A DNA stretch of 64,000 bases from Syntrophales bacterium (GTDB lineage: Bacteria; Desulfobacterota; Syntrophia; Syntrophales; PHBD01). The position numbers were made by a program, and so were the translations under genes. Location: positions 4,224,001-4,288,000 of the forward strand of contig OY764159.1 of assembly GCA_963668175.1 (NCBI GenBank), written 5' to 3'. Shown here in pieces: positions 48,568 through 57,795 of the stretch (its first letter is position 1; every line of letters begins with the position of its first letter). A model generated the notes under the pieces. That model had not been told where the DNA came from. It made no database searches and worked only from the letters and a program-made list of their open reading frames with translations.

Positions 48568-50415
48568 CTAGATTCGGTTCAAGTATGCGACTATTCTCTT
48601 GCCCGCCGATCCGTCCAATATATGCATGTATTTTGATGAATGATTATCGTGGAAGGCATGCATGAAATGATTCAATTCAGAAGGGTTCTCTCTGTTTCTT
48701 TTTACAATATCAATCAGTTCTTGCGAAGAGGATGCTCTTATCACATGTTCCCAATTAGTTCCATTCAATGGTGGATAAAATGTATCGGAATTGAAATGCG
48801 GTTCCAAGAATATGACCGGCACTCCGGCGGCCAATGCTTCATAAAAGGTATTCGAAATATTGCATATCAGCAGATCGACATCGTATATCAATTCACAAAA
48901 CGGAATGGCAAAGTCACTCATTTGCACTGCCGCAATGTCGACATCGTAACGCTCGAACATGTATTGATGGTAGGCCATGTTCTCATGGTGCGTACGATAA
49001 AGGATATTCATACCCATATCAAGCAGCCGCGGTATCGACATTATTAATTCCTTGAAATAGAGCTCCTGATACTGGAATCGGTCCAGCCTCGCATAAAAAT
49101 TGTCCGAATAGGTGTGCATCAAGATTTTCTTTATCGACGTGATGTTTTTACGCTTTTTCTCCGTGTAGTGGTCTGTACTCGGATTGCCCAGTTGTACCGA
49201 CTTCGCCTTTATCATATAAGGATAATTATCCGATTGCGTATCAAACACATCGGGTTTTATGATTAAATCCGGATTGGATCCCCTGGAGGCCTTCTGAGCG
49301 AAGCGGTACCCCATGATCCCGTGGTCGACAAACACGCTCCTGCATCCCGAATTCCTGCAAGCCTCAACAACGGTTTTCCCCCTTTCCGTCATCACATCCA
49401 CCAGAACCGTTTTCTCGATGTTGAAGTCGCCTATCCCCTTTTGGACTCGACGATAATACTTGAGAAGTTCCGGGATATGCACGGATACGATCCTCTGAAT
49501 GACGTTAAGATAAAAACGAGAGTAATCGATGTGATTATACGTGAAGCGCGTTTCATAATTCGGCGGCCTGGAAAGAATGAAGTTCTTTCGAAGCGTTTCC
49601 AGGTATTCCTCTTCCCGCCTATCGAAATCATAACGAACGCGATCGAAATCAAGTATCTTGACCAGTGCGGACAAACTCTTCCAGGCTGCCGCAGAAAATA
49701 TGTAACCGTTCTGCGTGTGCTCCAACAGACTATCGATGTTGAAATAGCAGAATAAATAGACCTTCTTTTCATTGCTCCGCAATATATGATGAACCTTTTG
49801 GAAACACTCCAGGATAATCGATTTGATGATATTTTTTATGCCGCCCACTCCTGCTTGACCGTTTATCAAACCCGTAAACACCGGCGGGATCATCTTTTCC
49901 GGCTTTATATAATAGTTCGGAATCTCCCCCAATTGCCTCAGAACATCCCTTATGAGACCTTCTTTATCGAAATATTGACCCTTGTCGTCCTCGTAGTAGA
50001 AAAATGAGTTGCTTGCATTTGAAAGATCGTAATATACGCTTTCGACATTTGGATATTGCTCAATGATTTTTCTGACAACTTCGCCATATTTCACCAAAAT
50101 ACTTTGCAGATAGGTCCTCGAAAACAGAATCTGGGTTATATCTCCAAAGGATACATTTTCAATAAGCGTCAAATCCTTTCCGTCAATCATATACCACTGC
50201 CGCGCAAACTCATCGGTTACTTCGTGGAGGTTTTTATAATCATCATCCGACAGATACTCTTCAATAAAATGGACTCTATGTCCTCCTGCTTTGCTGACCA
50301 GTTTATCGAAAGGCAGATAATTGAAGCAGACGACAAGATCATTCGCCGCATCAAATGATCCCGCCGAAATCATCCGGTCGATGCTGGCATCATTTTCGAT
50401 AAGGTATAAATTCAT
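48568..50415 (-). CDS. Hypothetical protein, probable GT-B glycosyltransferase (sialyl/ulosonyl-transferase-like C-terminus)
   Basis: VDHG, LGNP, RTHH, SNTFYEALAAGVPVI, DGSAGKRI. Confidence 0.55.
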   Translation of the reverse strand: MNLYLIENDASIDRMISAGSFDAANDLVVCFNYLPFDKLVSKAGGHRVHFIEEYLSDDDYKNLHEVTDEFARQWYMIDGKDLTLIENVSFGDITQILFSRTYLQSILVKYGEVVRKIIEQYPNVESVYYDLSNASNSFFYYEDDKGQYFDKEGLIRDVLRQLGEIPNYYIKPEKMIPPVFTGLINGQAGVGGIKNIIKSIILECFQKVHHILRSNEKKVYLFCYFNIDSLLEHTQNGYIFSAAAWKSLSALVKILDFDRVRYDFDRREEEYLETLRKNFILSRPPNYETRFTYNHIDYSRFYLNVIQRIVSVHIPELLKYYRRVQKGIGDFNIEKTVLVDVMTERGKTVVEACRNSGCRSVFVDHGIMGYRFAQKASRGSNPDLIIKPDVFDTQSDNYPYMIKAKSVQLGNPSTDHYTEKKRKNITSIKKILMHTYSDNFYARLDRFQYQELYFKELIMSIPRLLDMGMNILYRTHHENMAYHQYMFERYDVDIAAVQMSDFAIPFCELIYDVDLLICNISNTFYEALAAGVPVIFLEPHFNSDTFYPPLNGTNWEHVIRASSSQELIDIVKRNRENPSELNHFMHAFHDNHSSKYMHILDGSAGKRIVAYLNRI

Positions 50416-53054
50416 ATCGAATCAATATGGGGAAATACAGGATTGGGGCCGGGCGGGAGCAGGTCATGCATTCTAAGAAAATCGCTGAACCGGAACAGCA
50501 ATCCGTCGTTATATCTGCGTGCTGCAAGCTGCAAACCGAACGGCATTTTCCGAGGCGACACAAAAACAGGAGCACTTATAACCGGAAGATAGGTCATTGT
50601 CCACATAAGCGCAGGGTCAGGCGTTTCCCTGATTTCTCTCTTGGGTGCATCACCGGCGGTACTCAACGTGATCATGATGTCAACGCCTTTCATGAACTTT
50701 TCCATCTCTGAAACCATCTTCTCCTGCGTCTTCAAGGCCGATTTGAATGTCTCCGGATCGATACTCAAGCCGTGCTGGATTAATTCATTCATGATCGGCG
50801 AAACGAGTTCGCGCCTGTTGAACTCATCTTTGAAATAATTCGACAACATTTTGTCGTAAATGATGCCGTGTATTTCGTGCGCTCTTTGCATAATATAGGG
50901 AGGGTCTATTTCGATGATCTCGACTGCCCCCGTCTTATCCAGTTTCTTCATCCACCGACTCAAGGCATCCTTTGCATAATCTTCCGCATATTCCCAGGTA
51001 TGCGTTCTGGTAAATGCAACACGCCAAGGACGATTGTGGGGTCTGCCTTGTCTTTTGCCTTCATTCATGGCCTTGTTTGAAATAGGGTAATTCTCCCCGC
51101 GTACGCGGAGCAACTCGAACATCGGCTCCATATCTTCATAATGAAGGACGAAATATCCCACCGTATCGAGACTGTCCGTCGTCTTCAAAATGCCCGTCCT
51201 GGGTATCAAGCCGAATGACGGCTTACAGCCGTAAATGCCGCAAAAACTGGCCGGACGGACAATCGATCCCGCCGTTTGCGTCGCGAGCGCCACAGGGACC
51301 ATACCGGTGGCTACCGCCACGGCTGAACCGCTTGATGATGTTCCGGGTGTTCTTGAAACATCATGGGGGTTGTTGGTCTTCCCCAACGTATGTACTGCAA
51401 ATTCCGCCGTCACCGTCTTGCCCGGGACCACCATCCCCAAATCCCTCAAATTAAAAACGACGCGGGCATCGTTACCGGGAATGAAGCCTTTCCAGAGAGG
51501 ACTTCCCATCTCCGTAGGATAATCGGTCGTGTTGAATATGTCCTTAACGCCGACGGGAATACCTTCCAAAGGTCTGCACGCATTTCCTTCCTTAAGCCTT
51601 CGTTCCGATTCCTCCGCCTGTTCCATGAGCTTTACGGGATCAAATATCTGCCACGCCTGGTATCTTTCTTCGTAGCGCTCAACCGCCTCAACGCACCAGC
51701 GGGCGATTTCCACAGGACTTATATGCCGCAATGCAACGAATGATAAGAGCCCGCTTATACTGAGATCGTGAAACGAACGGGGTTTCTCGATAGCCGTTTT
51801 CCTCAGCTTCTCTGCTTTTAAATCAGCGGATGCAGAGGAGGAGATTGGGTTGATCCCCCTGTGCTTCTCAATAATCTGTTGAGCAAACGGACGTATGCGT
51901 TCCTTGTTGCGTCTCTTCTTTGGAAACACCGGAAGATCGGCTTCTTTGAGTTCCTTTCTTCGCAGCTTCTTCATCGTTTCATAAAACTCGTCTTCCGACA
52001 TACCGGTGATCTCGAGAAAGTAATCGAGGGCCTCCGGACGGACAGGATCGAATCGACGCACAAGTTCATAACCTTCATCCCTCGACAACAGGCCGTTTCT
52101 GACATCCAGATTGGCATGGAACGTGGCCCGCCCATAGCCCCTCTTGAGATAACAAGTGAAATCGTGCATTCCCGGCATCATGCACTCGGCGCTCTTGTAG
52201 TGTTTGTATGTCTGCTCGATTTCGGTCTCTTTCCAATTAAAATGGTCCCGCACAAATTCCGTCTGTCTTTCATCGTCCCAAAAGTAATAATTGCCGATAT
52301 GGATGAACTGAACCCCCGCTTCGTCGAATTCTTCCTGGGACGGCAATTCAAATGGATAAACGTCCTTCCTTGTTATGTAATCGCACACCATGTCGTTAGG
52401 ATAGAACTTAGCGGACACATCGTAAAAATACTCTCTCCTGACAACCATAGGATTCGAATAGGAACTCATGCCATGCCCCTCCGCCGGCGGCTCACCGTAA
52501 ACGACAAGGGGTATTTTAAATTTCGTGGCGATGTGCAGCGGGAAAGCCCCCACTCCGGCGTGACAATGCCAGCAGGTATCTCCCAGGAGACCTAATGATC
52601 TTTTGGCCAATCGATTTACGAGGTCTCTGTTCGGCGTAAACATGATGTGGTCGACATTGAACGTCTCGAGCGAATTTACAAGGTTGTACCAACCCGTTTC
52701 ACTGTACCAATTATGATTAAATGTAACCGCGAGGGGCTTCATATGATGAATGTGACACAGGATATATAGCTGGAAGATGCTGTCCTTCCCTCCGCTGATA
52801 GGAACAATGCAATCATAATTTCCGTCTTCCTTGACCTTCGCTTTCGCGCTGTCCAGGATCACCTTCAACTGCTGCTGCCTTTCCTGCCAGTTGATGTGCA
52901 TTTTTTCTTCCGATGATCGGCAGGCCTGACAGATTCCCAATTCATCGAAAGTTGTTCCCTCTTCCGTCTCGGGAATACAGCAGCGTACGCAATAACGCAT
53001 GTGTTTATCGAATAAAGGTTTTCTGTTCTTCTTCATATATGTTTTTTGTTTCAT
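50412..53054 (-). CDS. N-acetyl sugar amidotransferase (WbuX/WbpG/PseA-like) fused to an amidase-signature domain
   Basis: YCVRC, CQAC, SGGKDS, CWHCH; then GIPVGVKD, PGTSSSGS, TQTAGSIVRPASFCG in one uninterrupted 880-aa ORF. Confidence 0.88.
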   Translation of the reverse strand: MKQKTYMKKNRKPLFDKHMRYCVRCCIPETEEGTTFDELGICQACRSSEEKMHINWQERQQQLKVILDSAKAKVKEDGNYDCIVPISGGKDSIFQLYILCHIHHMKPLAVTFNHNWYSETGWYNLVNSLETFNVDHIMFTPNRDLVNRLAKRSLGLLGDTCWHCHAGVGAFPLHIATKFKIPLVVYGEPPAEGHGMSSYSNPMVVRREYFYDVSAKFYPNDMVCDYITRKDVYPFELPSQEEFDEAGVQFIHIGNYYFWDDERQTEFVRDHFNWKETEIEQTYKHYKSAECMMPGMHDFTCYLKRGYGRATFHANLDVRNGLLSRDEGYELVRRFDPVRPEALDYFLEITGMSEDEFYETMKKLRRKELKEADLPVFPKKRRNKERIRPFAQQIIEKHRGINPISSSASADLKAEKLRKTAIEKPRSFHDLSISGLLSFVALRHISPVEIARWCVEAVERYEERYQAWQIFDPVKLMEQAEESERRLKEGNACRPLEGIPVGVKDIFNTTDYPTEMGSPLWKGFIPGNDARVVFNLRDLGMVVPGKTVTAEFAVHTLGKTNNPHDVSRTPGTSSSGSAVAVATGMVPVALATQTAGSIVRPASFCGIYGCKPSFGLIPRTGILKTTDSLDTVGYFVLHYEDMEPMFELLRVRGENYPISNKAMNEGKRQGRPHNRPWRVAFTRTHTWEYAEDYAKDALSRWMKKLDKTGAVEIIEIDPPYIMQRAHEIHGIIYDKMLSNYFKDEFNRRELVSPIMNELIQHGLSIDPETFKSALKTQEKMVSEMEKFMKGVDIMITLSTAGDAPKREIRETPDPALMWTMTYLPVISAPVFVSPRKMPFGLQLAARRYNDGLLFRFSDFLRMHDLLPPGPNPVFPHIDSI

Positions 53055-53079
53055 CTCGCCCCAGCCATTTACTTTATTG

Positions 53080-53616
53080 TCATACTATATCTTCCCTGAA
53101 CAAAGCAGCATGAACCATGTCAACCTCTAAACCTTCAAACAGCATATGCCGGACTCTCCTTCCATCCTCGACCATGCCGGTACTTCTCATAATTCCCAGC
53201 ATGGCTTCATTGTTCGATATCGTCCCGGCCGTGACTTTGCGAACGCCAACCAAACGGAAGAGATATCCGCACACGGCGTTCCATGCCTCCGCGCCGTATC
53301 CTTTCCGCCATGCTTCACGACAGCCGATCAGGATTCCCATATCGGCAGTGTTGTTTATGACGTCGACATATGCGTTTATATTTCCCAAGTGCAGCCTGTC
53401 GCTCTTGCGAACTATCGCCCAGAAATAGTTGGGCGTACCGTCGAACGATTGTAAGTATTCTCTGCATGAATCGAGGGTGTGACGACGAAATCTCTGCTCG
53501 CTGTAGCGCACGACCTCCGGATCACTCAGCCAACTGACATAGGCCATCGTAAGGAATTTTTCGGAAAACGGCTCCACATATAGCCTTTCGCTCTCTATCG
53601 TATCGGATACGGCCAT
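53080..53616 (-). CDS. GNAT (RimJ/RimL, PseH-like) N-acetyltransferase
   Basis: YVSWLSDPEV, HLGNI, WRKGYGAEA; GAGGGG RBS before ATG 53616. Confidence 0.85.
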   Translation of the reverse strand: MAVSDTIESERLYVEPFSEKFLTMAYVSWLSDPEVVRYSEQRFRRHTLDSCREYLQSFDGTPNYFWAIVRKSDRLHLGNINAYVDVINNTADMGILIGCREAWRKGYGAEAWNAVCGYLFRLVGVRKVTAGTISNNEAMLGIMRSTGMVEDGRRVRHMLFEGLEVDMVHAALFREDIV

Positions 53617-53629
53617 CCATCCCCTCTCA

Positions 53630-54748
53630 TTATGAATAATGTTTCTCAAGAATATCGGTCAAAAATGTGAGGCATTTTTCCGATGAACCTTCCACGAACG
53701 CATCCGCTACTTTCGCGGCCTCCGGCGGACAAGGAACGCTTCTATTTTTGATTGCGAACTTTAATTCATCCCTGGTAAAGAAATACGGCGTAACGCCGTC
53801 TCTCGCGGACGCGAGCCACTCCTTTTCCAGAGGCCTGGGCAAAATGGAGAGAGTAGCCCGCCCCATAAGAACCGCCTCCACCAGCAGCATGGAGGTCATA
53901 CCAACCACGAAATCGGAACCGTAGATCACTTCGAGGGCATCTTCGTCTTTGCTTATGTAATCAAAGTGTTTTATAAACTCGCTGAATTCGTCAACCGTGT
54001 TTTTGGGATGGAGTCGCATGACGAGATAAGGGCGTTCGGCAAGCTCCGATAGACTGTCGAGAAATTCCTCCAAGACGATTTTCGTCCTTTCCGTATAACG
54101 CCCCGAGCCTTGCAGGGTATATTCCGAAGAATGGTGAAATTGCCCGGGTTCGAAGCCTGTCGATATCTCGGAGGCAAAAAGCCATATAGGTTGCCCCTTT
54201 GACCAGCCCGGAAAAAGCGTCGTACGCAGGTCATCGAGATTTTTCCTCTGCCATTCTTTTAATGCGGACCGGACATAGTCATAGCGAGGATGCCCACACA
54301 CGACCAGCCTTTCCTTTTGGTATCCAAGCGTCGTGAATCGATCGGCCGTCCAGCGGTCGGGAACCAGCAGCCAGTCGGGTGCGAATCTGAGCGGCTCCTT
54401 CGATGTTCCCCGGAAACGATACTCCGCATTGATGCCAGCGTCCACAACGCCGACGGATACCCTATCGGCCCTCTTGGCCGAATCTATAAGCTGGAGGCCT
54501 ATGGTTCTCGGATTCTCGGCCGTTCCGACTAACAAAACCCTGGGATTGTATTTTTTAAAAATTGCTGCGGCATCTTCTCCGAAAGGAACCCGCTCCGAGT
54601 CCACATGTAACCTATCCAGATAATCGCCTGCAATCCCCTGAGACAATAATTTCACTTTCAAGCCACGTCCCGAAAGCATCTCGGGGAACGGCTGCACATA
54701 GTTGGCGGCACCGGGATCTTCAACGAATATGAGTACGTCAATGTTCAC
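53630..54748 (-). CDS. GT-B fold protein, probable CMP/CDP-donor transferase
   Basis: EDPGAAN, GHPRYD, RLHPK, GMTSMLLVEA. Confidence 0.6.
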   Translation of the reverse strand: MNIDVLIFVEDPGAANYVQPFPEMLSGRGLKVKLLSQGIAGDYLDRLHVDSERVPFGEDAAAIFKKYNPRVLLVGTAENPRTIGLQLIDSAKRADRVSVGVVDAGINAEYRFRGTSKEPLRFAPDWLLVPDRWTADRFTTLGYQKERLVVCGHPRYDYVRSALKEWQRKNLDDLRTTLFPGWSKGQPIWLFASEISTGFEPGQFHHSSEYTLQGSGRYTERTKIVLEEFLDSLSELAERPYLVMRLHPKNTVDEFSEFIKHFDYISKDEDALEVIYGSDFVVGMTSMLLVEAVLMGRATLSILPRPLEKEWLASARDGVTPYFFTRDELKFAIKNRSVPCPPEAAKVADAFVEGSSEKCLTFLTDILEKHYS

Positions 54749-54769
54749 GTATCGTACGCCATGACCCGA

Positions 54770-55780
54770 TCAGGGCATTGTAACAGATTTTTGTGAGTCA
54801 CGGGCAGAGTCCAATATGGCATGCAGTACTTCCGTTGTTCTTAAAGCCGAATCCCCGTCGCTCCATAGCGGTTTTGCTTCGGTAACGGCGTCCGCCAGGT
54901 TTGAATACATATGATACAAAGCATTTCCAATCGTTGACTCGATCTCGGCTAACCGATCGGACGCTATTTCTTTCTCCCCGCCGACGGCCCTGTTGCCGGA
55001 CAGGGGATAACGATAGATGCCCAGGCCTTCCTGCAGGATTGAAAGTCTTCCCATATCTCCCCAGATATCGAGGCCGTTCTCTCTGTAAAAAGCAAATGAC
55101 ACCGTGTTCATGGTAACAAGGAGGCCGCTTCGCATCCTGAGAGCAAAAGGCACATGGAAATCATTCGCCCCGAAAGGCTGGATATTTCCCAGCGCCCTGA
55201 CCGAATCGATCTCGCCGAAGAGCATCCTGACAAGATCGACCATATGGGAGCCGTTATTGAGCAGACCGTTCCCATACAAGCCGAAGACCGCCTGGGGATT
55301 GCCGATAATGTCATGCATCCCCACTGACGCCAGCGCTCTCAACCGCTCATCCGCTCTTCGCACGAAATTGACTTGGAGCAGGATATTTCTGCGCCTGCAG
55401 ATCTCGACGAATTTGCGGGCGTCATGGAGACTTAAGCCCAGGGGCTTCTCGGCAAGGACAGCCTTCAAGGAGGGCAATTTTTCTATGAAATGAAGCCGCG
55501 TATCCGGGGGTGTCGCAATGATGGCCACATCGGGCGCGTGGTCGGCAGCAAAATCATCTATGCTCGCGTTTACGCAATTTACCTGCCATTCCGTCGCGGC
55601 CTGCCCCAACGCACCTTCGGAGGGATCGATAACGGCTTCCCAGTCGAACAGGGGATGATCGCGCAAGACCTGGGCATGGGTGGCATAAGGAAAATGCTTC
55701 GCCATGATCTCGTCGCCGGCGTATCCGGCGGCGATCTTGCCAAAACCGACAAGGACGGTCTTCAACGGGGAGATTTTCAT
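54770..55780 (-). CDS. Gfo/Idh/MocA oxidoreductase
   Basis: GFGKIA, IATPP, AEKP, NGSH; ATGA overlap at 55777-55780. Confidence 0.85.
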   Translation of the reverse strand: MKISPLKTVLVGFGKIAAGYAGDEIMAKHFPYATHAQVLRDHPLFDWEAVIDPSEGALGQAATEWQVNCVNASIDDFAADHAPDVAIIATPPDTRLHFIEKLPSLKAVLAEKPLGLSLHDARKFVEICRRRNILLQVNFVRRADERLRALASVGMHDIIGNPQAVFGLYGNGLLNNGSHMVDLVRMLFGEIDSVRALGNIQPFGANDFHVPFALRMRSGLLVTMNTVSFAFYRENGLDIWGDMGRLSILQEGLGIYRYPLSGNRAVGGEKEIASDRLAEIESTIGNALYHMYSNLADAVTEAKPLWSDGDSALRTTEVLHAILDSARDSQKSVTMP

Positions 55781-56517
55781 CGGGTAGGTTTTTCTTCGCA
55801 ATCCCGATTGATTTCGAGCAGCGCCGGGTCCTGTCTCAGCAATTCCATGATTTCCTCAATACCGAAAACATCGCCGAATTTGGGTTGAAGGCGCCGATAG
55901 ATCTCGGTGATGAACCGGTGATCCTCCGGATAATCCAGTTGAAAACGGTAATCCGGGCCATGCCATCTTTCCGGCGCAAAAAGATGAATGATGCGGTACT
56001 TCTCGGGATGTTCATAGAAATACAAAGAGACATGCTCTCGGACGGCCGGGTCCTTGACATCCTTGTCTATTTTTTCAAGCTCGCCGAAAGAAAACACTTG
56101 AATGTCTTCACCCATCGGAAACGACAATTTGCTCACGTTGGCAACGACGTCGCAGTCGTTTTCAAGAAACGTTTTCACTCCCATATCGATCAAACCGGGG
56201 TCGATCAGGGTACAGTCCCCCGTAACCTCGACAATGATATCCGACCCCATCGTACGGTGCGCCTCCACAACCCGCAGCAGGACATCTTCCTCGCTGCCGC
56301 GATAAAAGGGCACTTTCTCTTTTTTGGCCCAGGCTTCCAGGGCATCATCGGCCGATGCGACTGACGTGGCCAATACGATCCCATCCAGCAGTTTGCAGTG
56401 TTTCAGCCTTCTCGCCAGTCTTGTCAAAGCGGGTTCGCCGTTGATATCCGCCAGCACCTTACCCGGAAATCTTGAAGATCCCATGCGCGCTTCGATACTG
56501 GCTACAATCTTTGGCAT
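55777..56517 (-). CDS. SpsF/PseF-type acylneuraminate cytidylyltransferase family protein
   Basis: EARMGSSRFPGKVL, RGSEEDVL, TGDC, REHV, LDYPED. Confidence 0.85.
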   Translation of the reverse strand: MPKIVASIEARMGSSRFPGKVLADINGEPALTRLARRLKHCKLLDGIVLATSVASADDALEAWAKKEKVPFYRGSEEDVLLRVVEAHRTMGSDIIVEVTGDCTLIDPGLIDMGVKTFLENDCDVVANVSKLSFPMGEDIQVFSFGELEKIDKDVKDPAVREHVSLYFYEHPEKYRIIHLFAPERWHGPDYRFQLDYPEDHRFITEIYRRLQPKFGDVFGIEEIMELLRQDPALLEINRDCEEKPTR

Positions 56518-56526
56518 ATTGACCTC

Positions 56527-57792
56527 CTACTCCAGTGAATTGAGTTCCAATCTGTGACGATGGACTTTTCTGATGGCCTCAACCATCAATTCCAAGACCT
56601 CAGGCGAAATATCATACATGCATGGTTCGTAAACAAGCAGCTCCTCTGAGTGCATGCGTTCGGCCACCGGACATGCACCCTCTTTATAATCGATCGTAGA
56701 GAGGTTGAAAGGATACGACCCCAGGGCTATTTTCTTTTGAAACATGGGCAGCATATACAGCGGTCGCACATATCCCGTCGAGTGCGGAAAGCCCTCCGCC
56801 TCCAGGGCACGGCTGAACTGCCGGCGCGAAACACCCAGCGCATCGCCGTCGACTTTCATGCCCCAGACATAATAAACATGCCTGCAATCCGACCTCACTA
56901 CCGGAGGCGTTAGACCCGCAAGACCCCGAACACCCTGCGACAGTCTTTCGGCGACTGTCGTTCTCGCCTCCACATGCCGGTCTATTTCCTTGAGTTGTTC
57001 AATACCAATGGCGGCACTCATTTCAGTTAAGCGGTAATTGAAACCGATGATGCCGCTGATATTCTCGACTTCCATCGGACCGACGACGTTTTCACCGTGA
57101 TTCCTTATCATCCTCAGACGAAGAGCCAGATCGTCGTCATCGGTCACGCACATCCCACCCTCGCCCGTATGGATATGCTTGTGGTAGTTCAGGCTGAACA
57201 CGCCGATATGACCGATCGTCCCCGCATACCGGCCTTTTTCTCCGGCAAGAGGTCCCTGCGCGTTGTCCTCGATGAGATATATCCCGTGCCGATCCGCCAT
57301 CGATCTCAGCCTTTCGAGCTGCGCCGGGTGTCCGAAGAGATTGACGGCGATGATGGCGCGTGTGCGAGGCGAAATCAGGCCTTCTACACACTCCGGATCA
57401 AGACAGAACGTATCCGGCTCGATATCGGCAAAGACCGGGATCCCGCCGTAAACGACCGGGGCAACGACCGTCGCCGACATGGTCAAAGGAGGAACGATCA
57501 CTTCGTCGCCCGGCTTTAAATCCACGGCACCCATGGCGGCGAACAATCCGGATGTCGCCGAGTTTACGGATATCGTATGCCTGATTTTGAAACGTTCGCT
57601 CCACATCCTTTCAAACTCTTTAACTACGGGTCCCCCGAGATACTGGTCACCCGGGCTGCCATAGAAGCCCGAGAGCGTCCCGGATCGAATAACAGAAGCA
57701 ACGGCGTTGAGTTCCTTATCTCCTATCGAATTGTACTTGGGCAGTTCTTGCTTCAGGACCGGCTCGCCGCCCAGAATGGCCAATTGTGACAT
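56527..57792 (-). CDS. DegT/DnrJ/EryC1/StrS PLP-dependent sugar aminotransferase
   Basis: NSATSGL, EDNAQ, SLNYHKHIHTGEGG, GFNYR. Confidence 0.92.
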   Translation of the reverse strand: MSQLAILGGEPVLKQELPKYNSIGDKELNAVASVIRSGTLSGFYGSPGDQYLGGPVVKEFERMWSERFKIRHTISVNSATSGLFAAMGAVDLKPGDEVIVPPLTMSATVVAPVVYGGIPVFADIEPDTFCLDPECVEGLISPRTRAIIAVNLFGHPAQLERLRSMADRHGIYLIEDNAQGPLAGEKGRYAGTIGHIGVFSLNYHKHIHTGEGGMCVTDDDDLALRLRMIRNHGENVVGPMEVENISGIIGFNYRLTEMSAAIGIEQLKEIDRHVEARTTVAERLSQGVRGLAGLTPPVVRSDCRHVYYVWGMKVDGDALGVSRRQFSRALEAEGFPHSTGYVRPLYMLPMFQKKIALGSYPFNLSTIDYKEGACPVAERMHSEELLVYEPCMYDISPEVLELMVEAIRKVHRHRLELNSLE

Positions 57793-57795
57793 TTG

